In this document: positions 27,040 to 39,215 of the stretch, in pieces | Position numbering within the stretch: position 1 is the stretch's first letter | Layout of the letters: the number at the start of each line of letters is the position of its first letter | From: Vicugna vicugna | Lineage: Eukaryota | Direction: 5' to 3' | Length of the DNA stretch: 64,000 bases | NCBI GenBank assembly: GCA_013265495.1 | Contig: MU058337.1 | Span: 2,262,686 to 2,326,685 of the forward strand | The notes under the pieces: generated by a model | What the model was told of the DNA's origin: nothing | What the model saw: the letters and a program-made list of their open reading frames with translations, nothing else | Database searches by the model: none | Made by a program: the position numbers and the translations under genes

Positions 27040-27620
27040 ATAGTAGGAAAGAGGAAATGAGAAGTAGGAGAGCGTGACCTGGTTTTCTTACTGAGTCTGC
27101 TGGTGTGAGTAGGGGTAGTGCATTAATAGAAACAGGAGATTCTAGTTGAAGGAAAGGCTTGGCAGAGGAATGAATTTCATTTTAAATATGTTAAGTTTGA
27201 AGTGTGTGAGGGATTTATGTCAGGGGGTCTAACAGGCAGCTAAATACCTTTGTCTGGAGCTCTGTAAAAAGTCTAGGTGTCAAATATCTGCTTGTGAGTC
27301 ACTAGTTTATATGCAGTGGTTGAAACGATGAGAATAAAAGAGATCATGGAGGGAAGTGTTCTGAAGGAGAAGTAAGCAAACAGAAGACATTTGGATAACG
27401 CTAGGTACTTAAGGAATGAATTACAGACAGGGAATCGGTCAAGGAACCGGAGAATAAAAGGTCACGGAAATAGGAGAGCGACCGGGAGAGAATACCTGAT
27501 GGAAACTAAAGGAAGAATCTATTTGAGGAGAAGAGCTTGGTCAGCACTGGAATATACTGAACACACACCAAGTAAGACACATGGCAGTGTGTTTGCTGGA
27601 TGCTGCCATGGCCATTTCTA
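27040..27620 (-). mobile_element. L2 fragment
   Basis: Antisense L2 motifs: gaatttcattttaaatatgttaagtttgaagtg, aggcagctaaata..tctggagctc, gagtcactag..ata..gtggttgaa. Confidence 0.7.
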
Positions 27621-28710
27621 GTCATTATTTAGAAGAGTTTGGAGTTTGCAGTCAGAATTTCTTTTGAAAGTAACATTTTTAACTGAATATTTTCTTTTTC
27701 TTTTTTTTTAAAGATGATTTATTGATTCTTAGAATCACACGGTATTGCAACTGGGATTTCTTCAGCGATTGGCAGGTCTCATTCTTCACTGGCACACATC
27801 CAAATTCTGCAGTGCAGCGTCAGGACCTACTCAGGGTTACACAGTTAGCTGGCAACCGTGTCAGGACCAGAATTTCATTATCTTGATTTCAGTTCATTTC
27901 TAGAATCTTTAATCACTTACCCTCCAAACACAAGCTATACTTTTAGTTTTTAAAGCAGATAAATTCTTTTGTATCAAGTCTTCCACTTTTTTTTTTTTAT
28001 CCTTTCATTCTTATCAGCTATCAGTTCTTCCAGGCAGCCTTTCCTTTTTTCAGCCTGGATATCATGAATACCAATCACTTCTCTCATCAGCATCATTGAT
28101 TCCCATCACCTTTTTGTTTCCTTCACTTCTCCCTGCCCTTGAGACCTGCACATCAGGAACAGTCCTCTGATCTCTTCTTTTGGTCTCCACGCCCACATTG
28201 CTAAACATAGTGCTGCAGTTCTGGAAATTGGTTCTAGTTCTAATTCTTGCCATCTAAACCCTTCTTGAGTGCACAGTGCTGTGCAGAAAATATTTTCCTA
28301 TCCTTGGTCAGTATTTGCTGTGATTTTTCCTATGTGTTTATATCTTCCCTAATTTTTTAGGTCAATTTCAAAGCTTTTCTTTCTGGGATTCAGAACACAT
28401 CACACTTGCTGCTTCACCGAGATAGTAGTAGCACTGTTACGTAGGAACCCTCTCAGCTGTGTTGCTGCCACCTACGAACATGCCTAGAAACACACCAATT
28501 TACATCCTCCCCTCTCCTTCTGTTTCACCCCCTCTTCACTGTCCAATGTCAATCTCAGTCTCTCTCGCTGTTTTAAGAATCTTGCTTCAGCAGGCTTTGC
28601 CCTTCCCTCCTAGATCACCAGCATCTCACACTCTACTGGGTCTTTTCCCTCGTTAGCAACCATTTTGTAAGTGTAAATTTCTACAATGTAACGTCATCTC
28701 TAAGTTATCA

Positions 28711-28921
28711 CTCTTTCCTTCTTTTTTTCTCCTCCTGCTCCTTTCCTTTCTACCCCTCTTTCCTTCCCTCTTCTTTCTCCTCTCCCTCCTCCCCCTCCTC
28801 CTCTTCTTTGTCTCCTCCTTCTCCTTCATCTCCTCCTTCTTTTCCTCGTCCTCCTTCTTTTCCTTCTTCTTCTCCTCCTCCTACCTCATTTCTCCTCCCC
28901 CTCTCCCTCCTCCTCTCTCTC
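28711..28921. repeat. CT-rich polypyrimidine low-complexity tract
   Basis: ~210 bp almost purely C/T (cct/tct/ttc units). Confidence 0.95.
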
Positions 28922-29131
28922 AAGGACCATGCTTCTGAAAGGAGTCTCTTCTCATTGTCTCAACTTTCTCACTTCCAAGTCACTCTTCAGTTCATTGAAG
29001 TCCACTGCAAATGACCGCTACTTTCATTGTTAAGTCCAAGCTGACATAAATCCACAAATCCTGACCTGGCAATGTGGTTTTGATCTCTGATTATCAGACA
29101 GTATTTTGACAGCAGTGAAATTAGTCAAAAC

Positions 29132-29302
29132 CAGTGGTTTTTAACTCTGCACATTAAAATTATCTGGAGAGTTAAAAGTACTTACTGATGCTCAGGTCCC
29201 ACAAGACCAATTAAATGATAATCTGTTTTGGGTGGAATCCAAGCATTAGTGCTTTTAGAAGGTTTTCCCTGCCATCCTAATGTTCAGTAAAGTTGGAGAT
29301 CT
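29132..29302. mobile_element. MER5-like hAT element
   Basis: cagtggttttta...gcacattaaaattatctggagag...actgatgctcaggtcccac..gaccaattaaat. Confidence 0.7.
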
Positions 29303-31019
29303 TACAATCTAAACATTAATATGGAATAAAGTGAGGAGACAAATTATAACCATTCCTAAGCAGAGGACCACATGGCATTCAGTAAATCTTCCAACGAGGA
29401 AAGGGGAGATAGAACTCAAAGGGAAAGAATTGTGTGTGAAAATGCACTGGTAATTGGGTTTGGAAGTAAAAATGGAAAGGCAGGAGCATGTAATATTTTC
29501 TTCTGGCTCAAAAATGAGGCAAATCCACAGGAAGAGAAATGTTCTTAAGGAAGAATGAAATTTCAGGCAATGTAGAGTGATAGGGATCTTTTCATAAAGT
29601 TTGAAAAGGTAGAACATTTCCTTCATGGTGGAACAGACTCCAGAAGTCACAAATAAAAAATAGTGAATGGGAGCTAGTCTGTAGTGGAAAGATCACCAAG
29701 AAAGAGAACAAACAGGTTTATGAGTAGGGGCTGTAGCGTTTGGACCTTTATGTTTCTATACAATGGGACCCACTTTTGCTTAAGTTCTAATCCAGATGTT
29801 ACTCTATTGTGCAAGTTAAAGACATTGGAATTCCCTCTTCCATCATGGAAAAGAGCAGATCTCTAAAGGAGTAGTGGGGACTGCATGGGAACGCAAGTGA
29901 AAATGGTATGGGAGAGCCATGAAGGCCATGGGTCATTGAGTGTGGAAATCTTACAATCTCTCACCAGGAGCAAACTTCCATAAAAACAATTTTGGCAAAC
30001 ACCTGCTGCAATAGTATAAAAAAAGAATTTTCCACGTAAGATTGCTGACACTGTATGTATGTTTGTGTAGACTAATGGATGGCAAGACTGGGGGATTCAA
30101 AAAGTAAAGTATTAGCAGAACGTGGACACTGAATTTGGAATATACCTGAATAGGACTTTCATTTCTCACACCTGTCAAAGTGTTTTTTCAGAGTTCTTGG
30201 TAAGAATCCTTCCCTGAAGGCTGTGCTCACAGCTCCATCATGAAGTGTTCACCGTGAGTGTATATAGATGGGGCTTAAGTAATCATGGGAATTGGTATTT
30301 ACAGAGCCTGTGCAGCAGGCACCACACTCAGGGCTGTATGAGACATTCTTAAATTAGAATTATAATAATATACTTACAGCTTTCATGTCCTAGTGGAATA
30401 ATTCACTCTTACTTAATGTCCTTACACTTCTTGTATAATCTTGTTTTAAAGAACCTTTCAAAATGTAATTAATATTTATTTTTACTGAGTATCATTACAA
30501 TCCGAGCCCCCCAGTCAAAATGCTTGTGAACAAAATTGGCTAAAACTTGTTAATAACGTGATTTTCTGACTGTTGCTCTAACAACTTTTATTTTGGGTTG
30601 AGATGTGCTATATTTTGCAGTTGTGTTTTGGGAAGTGCCTGAGGGTGACAGAAATTAATTGACAACAAGCTCCAAGTAGAATTTTTATGTTGGAAGCTAG
30701 GAAGTCCAAATTCCTGGAACGCAGCAGTATGTAATAATTTCGTATGGATGGTGATGTATTGCTTTGTGCTGAAATTTTCCAGCAGACTTCATTATAGAGT
30801 TAGGTTTTTGTGCTATATCTTAGTAGATCAGTAGTTTTCAATGGGAGTAATGTGGGGAAAGATATCACAGATGAAGTCTAAAAATTCACAAACATTTAGT
30901 GTAGTTCCGGTAACCTGAGTTTGTTGAAGTGGAGCTGCCACAGAAGTGTGAATGAAAGTTAAAGTCAGAAAGTGGTTAAATAATGCGTTGCAGTGTCTCT
31001 AAAATAAGATCAAGAAATA

Positions 31020-31400
31020 TGAGCTCTGTAGGCGGTGGTGAACCCCTGAAAGATCCTAAGAATTTCTTCAGCAGAAGCAAAGTGGTGTTTCATTGCCAGT
31101 GACTTGGTGCACATGAGGGTGGGCGGGAAGGCACCAGGTAGCTGGTTGTTGCAGATGCTGGTGCCTTGGGTGCGACTTTAGTGTGCTGGCATGAGGGTGG
31201 ATGTAAGAAAGTTCAAGAATGAACAGTTTTTAGCAATTTCATGAGGGGATGGAGGAGCATAAAAAAAAGTGAAAGATGACTCCAAGATTTTCATTCTGAA
31301 TGTGACAGAGATCTGATGCCAAGTAAGTACATTTAATATAACTGAATTCTCCTGTGAAGAAGGAGAAATCGTTTTCATCATTTATTAAGTACTCAACTTC
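31020..31400 (-). mobile_element. L2 fragment
   Basis: ctctgtaggc..tggtgaaccc.tgaaagat...aaagatgactccaagattttc..tctga. Confidence 0.55.
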
Positions 31401-31408
31401 TCTGTGGA

Positions 31409-31728
31409 CTTATAAACGAAACAGAAACAGACTCACAGACATAGAAAACAAACTTATGGTTACCAGAAGAGAAAGTAGGGGGAATAACTTAGGAGTTTGG
31501 GATTAACAGATACACACTACTATGTGTAAAATAGGTAAACAACAAGGACCTACTGTAGAGCTCAGGGAACTATATTCAATGTCTGTAATAACCTGTAATG
31601 GAAAAGAATCTGAAAAAGAATAGTTACACACACACACACACACACATGCACAACTGAATCACTTTTCTGTACAACTGAAGCTAACACAACGTTAACTATA
31701 CTTCAATTTAAAAATGATTTTTTAAAAA
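31409..31728 (+). mobile_element. Cetartiodactyl-type L1 3' end
   Basis: aaacagaaacagactcacagacatagaaaacaaacttatggttacca...aacaacaaggacctactgtagagctcagggaactatattcaa...actgaatcactt..ctgtaca.ctgaa; A-rich tail; internal (CA)n. Confidence 0.92.
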
Positions 31729-33491
31729 AGAGACTTCTCCAGGTTTTCTGGAGTATGCTGTTCTTAGGGATTTGATCGTTTGGGAAGATTGCATGAATGA
31801 ATATAGAACCTCACTAGATTATGTGTGTGATAGGTCCTGTTTTCCAAATGGCTGATACAAAATTCAGTAAATGGTTTTCAGATTGAGAGGACTTGACATC
31901 TAGCTTTTATATGTAAAGACATGCACTAGTATAGCGTCTCAGTTCATTTGAATATTTTGTGCCATTTTCTCACAGTCATTACATCACATCTGCTGTTTCA
32001 TATAACTCAACCCTAATTTTGAATATCATGATTTAAATACTTATGAAATATCATTAAAGAAACCTTGAAGTTCTAAGAAATGCAGTGATCAGTGTCTTTT
32101 AACTCAAGATCATATGTGAATAGCTTTCTACTCACTTAATTCCTCTTGGGATTTTGAAGTTAAGTTCACATTTTTTAAATGATGTAAAATATAGCTGCTA
32201 CTTGATCTAGACTGGTTACTAGGGATCTGCAGTGAAAATGCTGCTACATTGTAAATTGCACCTATGAAATCAATATATTTATCGGATATTTGAAATGCTT
32301 TGAGAATCTCACTTTTACTCTGGGTCACTTGATCAGGCAGCTTTGGGTACTTTTGTAGATTGCCTTCTTTACCTGCACAGCTGCTTACAAATGATTCCCG
32401 GTAACAGTTAATTTTTATGTTTTCTTTTTTTTATTACAGGGATAAAGTTGTCAGGAGATTGCTTAATTTTTATAGCTTTCTCATTTGGTATATTCATCAT
32501 TATAAATTAGTTTTCAACAATTTTGTATCATGAGGTTATTTAATACATGGTTCTAACCTAAGAGGGTCTGAAGTCTAATACATTCTCATCAACCTGAGTC
32601 TGAAAGAATAAATACAGTACATATATGGAAGATCAAAGGACCAGAAATGAACGATTTTAGCCACCGTATCCTACCGAACCTGATAGGGTACAGATTTGGG
32701 AGTTAGTATTAAGGAGACACTAACTCCTTTAACAGATCAAACGCCATGTTTTCAGTGAATTAACGTAATAAAATTCATTTCTCACTTGTGTCAAATGGTC
32801 AGGTGTCCTTCAGTGGCTTAGAATTCTGTGATATCTCTGTTCTTTTATATCAGCTTGGTAAGAGTTCCACTGCATTACTTGGTGTATGTTTTTGTGGGCT
32901 CTTACTGTTAAAATTAAAGGGAAAGGCTAAGTGGTATGGGGAATACTAGGATATGTGTGCATCAGTTTACACAAATTACCTTCCTGTCTCAGTGGCCTAT
33001 AACAATAGAGTCTTATTTTCCACTCATGGGATTTGTTGGCTACTGATCCACTAAGACTTTGGTCTCACTGTCTTCTTTACTCTTAGATCCAGGCTAAGTA
33101 GCTCCCCTACTTGGGACAGCGGTGTTCTTATGGCAAAATATAGGAGAAACAGAGGAACTGTAGGCATCATTTCTGCTCATGTTTCCTTACCCAAAGCAAG
33201 TCACGTGGTCAAGTTTGGTGTCATCAGGCTAAGATGGTTTGATTTTCCTACAGGACAAGGGAGCCAATACATTGACTCCATCATACAACTTACTGCAGTG
33301 GATTCATCTAAATAAAATATTTATTAAATCTGTTACTTAAACACACAAACCTTCTATATAATGGTTTCTTTTTGTATTATTTGAAATGCCAATACATAAA
33401 GAACAGTAAGAAGCACTTGTATTATGTCCTTATTCAAATTTTACTTTGTCTTTTATCTATTATGGAAATCCTCATAGTCTGATAGTGATCC

Positions 33492-33494
33492 TAT

Positions 33495-33525
<31 letters not shown>

Positions 33526-33528
33526 TTT
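33492..33528. repeat. (TATT)n tetranucleotide microsatellite
   Basis: About nine perfect TATT units. Confidence 0.95.
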
Positions 33529-34544
33529 GAATTCTTGACTAATGACAGAGGAGTCTACTTCAATTTTACAATTTTAAGAGTTTTGAAGTCATGGAGGAAA
33601 AATATAACACAATAAAATACAACTTTTATCTAAAAATAAAGAACTTTGGGGAAAAATCCAAGCATGCTTTTGTTGATTTTGGTATTTGGGAACACAAAGA
33701 AAATATTACAGGTAAAATAAAGGGAAAGTCACACGTGTGTTTTTTTCATTAAAGAATCGTATTTGTCAATGCTGTCCAGACCACATTCTCAGGTAATCTG
33801 AGAGCCATGCTACTCACACTAATCGCTTTTAAGAGGGTAGCTCAACCCTTTCTTCACAAAGAAAGCAAGAAGTTCTCAACTTCCCTTCTGCCCCCTCACA
33901 AATCATCCTTTCTCCACACTTTTAATATTGAGCTCTGTAACACACCCCCTACCCCATTCTCCAAGGGTCTTTGTTAGGGGCTAACCATCTCTCCCATTTA
34001 TCTTTTACCTTGTCCTATGATTATTCCAATGATGCTTTCACCCTTCCCTTGAAACTGTAATCAGTGTGTATTTTCAGCTCTGTGGACCATATGGTTTCTA
34101 TCACCCTGCTCAGCTGTGCCTTCCTGGGGATTATACATAAATACGTAAATGTGTGGCAGGGGTACTTCCAATACAAGTCCATTCACAGAGACTGGTGGCC
34201 CCACGGCCCTACTGTTGACCCCTCCTCTAAACTCCTCCTCTACACTCTTCTAGTTTCTCTATTAAACCACTTTTTATTTTTTTCAGTCAACCTTCTTAGA
34301 AAAAGATTGTAATGCTCATGGTCTCCATGCTCTCCCCTGTTTCATGCTTCAGAAATCTGCAGTCTGACTTCCACTTCCCATGTCCTGAAAGTTTCTTGGG
34401 AAGAGTGACTTTCTAATTGAGTAATCATGGGGAACTCCCAGTTTGACCCTTGCCATTTTTGACTTCTTTTCTTTGGATTCTGTTAACAGCCTACCCCTGA
34501 TTTTCCCCTGCTTTATGATATTTCCCCTCAGTATCTTTGTTGTA

Positions 34545-35070
34545 AAAAATGACTTTAATGGTAGATCCTAAACAACAACAACAAGAACAAAAAACAAGGA
34601 GTGACTAAAACAAACAAGATTGTTTTTCTGCCTGTCTTGAAATCTGGAGTTAAGGAGCTTAGGGCTGGTAAAGCTATCTGATGATGTTGTCAAGAGATCT
34701 AGGTACTTTCCATCTTTCTGCTCCATCCTCCTTATCATCTTGGCCTTTGTTCTCATGTTTTCTGCCTTGTGACAACTCTGCAGGATTGATATGCTGTGGA
34801 CGGACCTCTTGTCTAAATCCAAGACAGACAGGAAGAAACAGAAACTAGTTCAAGTCCCCTCTGTTCCCTTTTATCATAAAGGAAACACAGTAGATTCTCC
34901 TTAGCTATCACTGGCCCAAATTATGACAGGCTTCGACAGTCCGAGGTGAAAAAAAAGTTGGGATGATCAGTATTTTCAACAAGGCATATTGCCTTCCTTT
35001 TCAAAATTTGGTTTTCATCTGAAAGGGGCTGAATGAATATTGGTTAAATGGTTAACACTGTCTATCACAG
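34545..35070 (-). mobile_element. Old MaLR LTR (MLT1 family) remnant
   Basis: gaaatctggag..agg...agggctgg, ccatctttctgctcc.tcctc, tcactggcccaaa..tatga motifs. Confidence 0.5.
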
Positions 35071-35774
35071 TGGCCTGGGCAGGTTATTTTTCCTCCAGTA
35101 ACACTGTAAGTGTTGGTGTTCCAGAAATGCGTCCTTTAATGGGTCATGCTATTTGTCTACATGCTGTTCCTGGACAGATCATAAACTATGGTAGCTTTAA
35201 GCATCACAAACACACTGCTGATGGTCAACTATTTCAAGCTAAGACTCTAGCATCTTATGTCCATCTTCTATGGGGTTTCACCTTCTGTTTTCCCCATGTG
35301 GTTTTCAAACAGAAGGTATTCTAAATGCGATGCCTTTTCTTTAAATTGCTATTTCTCATGCATCCCCCACCTTGGTTGTTATGAAACCAACCAACAAGAA
35401 ACTCAGCTTTCACCCCGTTCAACCCCCTACATTGCCAAGTCCCATTTACAAAGTCTCTGTCACCTCCCTTGAGGCTATTAACTCCTTTTCACACCACTGT
35501 CATTCTCACGACTGCTTTCTGGTTAGGACTTAGTATCATTTCTCACTTTGTCAATTGAGGAATAAGTTCTTACTTGATTGGCTTGCTTCCTATTAATGCT
35601 GCCATCAGAAGAATCCTCCTAAGGTACAGATCATCTTCTAGCTTAAAACGCTGTGACTCTTGTCATAATTAACCACAGGCCACCCAGGCCATCCCTAAAT
35701 TATCTATTCCTCTGTGTCGCCGATGACTTTCAAATCCTTTCCTCCTTCCAGACCCATTCTTAGAACTCTGTTGT

Positions 35775-35926
35775 GGGGGAGGGTATAGCTCAGTAGCAGA
35801 GTGCATACCTAACATGCCCAAGGTCTTGGTTCAATTCCCAGTTCTCCCATTAATAAATAAATACATACATACATATCTAAATAAATAATCTAATTACCTC
35901 CCCCCAAAAAAATTTAAATAAAAAAA
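35775..35926 (+). mobile_element. tRNA-derived SINE, vic-1-like (camelid)
   Basis: ggggagggtatagctcagt head; A box TAGCTCAGTAG (35786-35796); B box GGTTCAATTCC (35828-35838); tail aataaataaa...ctaattacctccccc and an A-rich end. Confidence 0.85.
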
Positions 35927-37149
35927 CCTTTTTTTTTTGGTTGGCTAGATATATTTACCTAATGTCTACCTGGCACTTATATGCTCGTTTCTGTTGCCTC
36001 ATTCCTCCATCTTTGCACCTTACTCACTGGCGTCTTCTCTTCCCTGAAAAGGATATTCACTTTGTGCTTTCAGGTCTTTCCATATTGCCCTCTGTCTGCC
36101 CATAAAACTGTCTGGATTGCTTGGAGAATTGTCCCCTTTCAAACTAGATGGCATTTGCCATGTCTGAGTAAGAGCTTTCAAGGCTGTGATATGGTTTTGC
36201 TCTCACACTTCTCCCTTTTACCCTTAGAACCACATGTTTCTAATAGAAGCTGCACCTTTGATCTGGATTCTAGGGTGGAAAGGCATGAGGAGCAAAACCA
36301 TAGACAAACCGGAGCAGAAATAGAAAATGAATGAGAAAGAAATGATCATTGTAAGCCTCTGACATTTGGAGGTTATTAGTGTACCCTAACCTTGGGAAAA
36401 CGGACAAAAACAGATAATAATATTTGCATATGTAAATTCAGTTTCCATCTAGTCTCCTAGCTTTCTATTGATGCATGCAAGCAGGGAATGTTAGCATATT
36501 TCCACAGGAAGAAAAAAAGAAAAAAATAGTATCGCTACATCTCCTTAGATGTTGAGTAAATTACGAGCCTGGATTTCCTTCCTGTATAAGTCCTATTAGC
36601 TTCAATAATGCAGAAGTCTCTTCAGTTAGAATAAAATAAAAACTGAAAGCCGCACTAAATCCTACTCAGCACTGCATTTACCATGTGACTGCTGCTTAAC
36701 AACTACTTGTAATGAGTTTTACGAAGGAGTTTTCTTCTCTCCATTTCCATTTCATCAGCTTCCATGGACTCCCCAGCCTTTACTGTGTTTCCGTCCTGAC
36801 TACGCACTTACACAGGTGCTTACTGATGTGCGTGCCTCTAACCAATGGACACTTCTTCAGTGCTCAGTTTACTAGAGGACCCATTAACCTTTAACTTTTT
36901 GGACCATTTCAGCCTTCATAGGACATTTCCATCTTTGGCTTTAGAGACCACAATTTAATCTTTTTTTTTTTGCTTCTGTCCTCGATGGTCTCTACCTCTG
37001 AGTGTTATCTTTTCACAAATTAATATTTAATTAACTGGAGATTTAACTTTTTCACTTGGAGGTCTCCAGATATATCTCAAACTTAAAACCTCTGCGATAA
37101 ATCATGATCCCCCACCACGATCAGACATCACTGTGAACCAGTATTCGCT

Positions 37150-38630
37150 TTTAGAACTTCATAAAATCATAGAACCTGTGCTCCTTGGCCTGGCCTCTTT
37201 CACTCCGTGTAATGATGTAGAGATTCATCCTTATTGCTTTGGTTGTTTGCTCTTTTTTATTGTTGGATAGTAATTCATCATATGAACAGACCTATTTTTG
37301 ACTCTGTGTAATAAAGTTCCATGAAAATTCATGTACATTTCTTTTAGTGGACACAAGTTTTAATTTCTCTTGGAGAAATACTTAGCAGTGAACTTTCTAG
37401 ATCTTGTGGTATGTGCATGTTTAACTAGATAAGAAAATGCAAAACCTTCTCTGTGTGGTTGTTGTCAGAGTCTGGGATTTTACCCTGCTTACAAGCTAAT
37501 AAGTTAGTCTATCAATGTTTTATGGATGCAGGCAAAAAACAAGAGACTCTGGGGTCAGAGAAAAATGACTTTATTATCCACTGTATGTTAGGTGGCATAA
37601 ATATCATGTTTTTGTTGGTTTCTGTAATCCCCAGGTCCCACAGGGGTGACACAGAGGGCCCAGATGGATGCCTGAACATTACAGAGATTTGTGGAACTCT
37701 CTACCTTAAGGTAAGCAGTAAGTTTATGGATGAAAACCTTTCCTCATTCCTCAAAGTTGCCTTTTGTGAATGTAATTCTGAGAAATGGCCCAGGTAAAGA
37801 CAGTGGTGAGGCCTTGTGTTCTTGGCATACTCAGAAAATTTGTAGCCATAGGAGAGACCCGTTGGGGGGCTGTCTCCCAACGGCTGTGTAATTTAGACTC
37901 TCGTCAGCAATGTAAGACAACTCTTTGAGTCATCCTAATAGGTGAGTATTAATTTAAATTTTCTTGATAATAATGCGATTGAATGTCTTTTAATGTAATT
38001 TTTGGCCACCCATCTCTCTTCTTTTGCAATGTATCTGTTCAAGAATTACTTTTTTATTTTTCAAATTGGGTTTTTGTCTTATTATTGAGTTTAAAGGACT
38101 CTTTATATGTTGTGGATAGAAAAGTCCTTTGTCAGGTATATGCATTGCAAATATATTTCTCCCAGTCTGTGCCTTGTTTTTTTTTGTTCTTAGTAGTCTC
38201 TTTTGAAGAGCAGGGTTTTCATCTCACTGAAGTGTGATTTTTCATTTTTTTAAGCTTAGTGCTTTTGTGTCCTGTGTGAAAAATATTTGCCTAGGCCAAG
38301 GGTCTGAAAATTTTTCTTCTACATTGTCTTTCAGAGGTTTTATAATAGAGTTTTTATATTTTCATCTGTCTTGAATTTAAAATATTTTATGTGGTATAAG
38401 ACATGGTTGGAGTTCATATTTTCCACATGGATATCCACTTGTTCTCTCACCATTTATTAAAAACTGTTCTTTCCCTGTCCTCTCCCCCACTGAATTCTGA
38501 TTCAAATAACAATATTTGTATACTTTAAAATTGTTGGTCTCTCTGTTCTGTTTCATTGATGGGTATGTCTATCTTTATGCAATTACCACACTGTCTTAAT
38601 ATATTTAAAGTAAATATTCTAGCCAGGCAA
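37150..38630 (-). mobile_element. Old L1 (L1M) ORF2 3' end/3' UTR, split by an LTR
   Basis: Antisense L1 motifs: gagattcatcc, atgaaaattcatgtaca..tctttt.gtggacaca.gtttt.atttctcttgg.gaaatac, ttcttttg...tgt.tgttcaa, catggatatccacttgttc..caccatttatt. Confidence 0.85.
37463..37882 (-). mobile_element. ERVL-class solo LTR (MER54/MER74-like) nested in L1
   Basis: Minus-strand start gttgggagacag...gggtctctcc...gagtatgccaagaa.caaggcc...ctttacctgggccatttctcag; 420 bp; imperfect TSD GTTGT/GCTGT; the L1 resumes on both sides. Confidence 0.75.
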
Positions 38631-38844
38631 TATTTGATGGGTTATAATCCATTGATTTTCTCCTTATTACTACTACACTAATTACTATTATTATTATTAA
38701 TAATTATTTGTAGTGGGAAGGCTAGTCCTTTAGCAGCTACTTCCTCATAACTTCCTCATAACTAAGTGCAATTTTTCTTTTTACTGCCAGTTTGATAACA
38801 TTTTTCTTCCCTTGGGAAATTAAAGATTTCCTCAAATTATTCAC

Positions 38845-39215
38845 TGTTCCATCCACTGAAATATGGAGGCTAATTCCCCCCTCTTGAAGGCAACTTCATG
38901 TCCAACAGGACTTGAGAAAAAATTATATTCTGAGACTTCCAAGATTAGGTCATAAGAAGTCTTGTATCTTCTTACCATCTCTCCTGGAACACTCTCTCTA
39001 TAAGACGTGAGATGTCACATAAGAATTCTGACAAACCCAACACTGGAGAGAACACGTGGAGGTGTTCTGATCTATAATTCCAGCCTTGCTCCGAGTTCAG
39101 CTGTCCCACTTAGATGCTGGGTGTGTGAGAGTAGCCATCTTGGACCTTCCAGATCAGTCTGTCTGCAAGCTGAGTGTCAGAGTGACTTCTAGCAATGCCG
39201 TGTGACATGGAAGGA
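38845..39215 (+). mobile_element. MLT1-family LTR fragment
   Basis: tggaggctaattcccc, gacttccaagattaggtcataa, ctcctggaacactctct, agccatcttggacc.tccag. Confidence 0.65.

Noticed and set aside
35775..35850. tRNA gene
   Set aside because: A and B boxes are present, but there is no convincing cloverleaf and the SINE tail follows directly.
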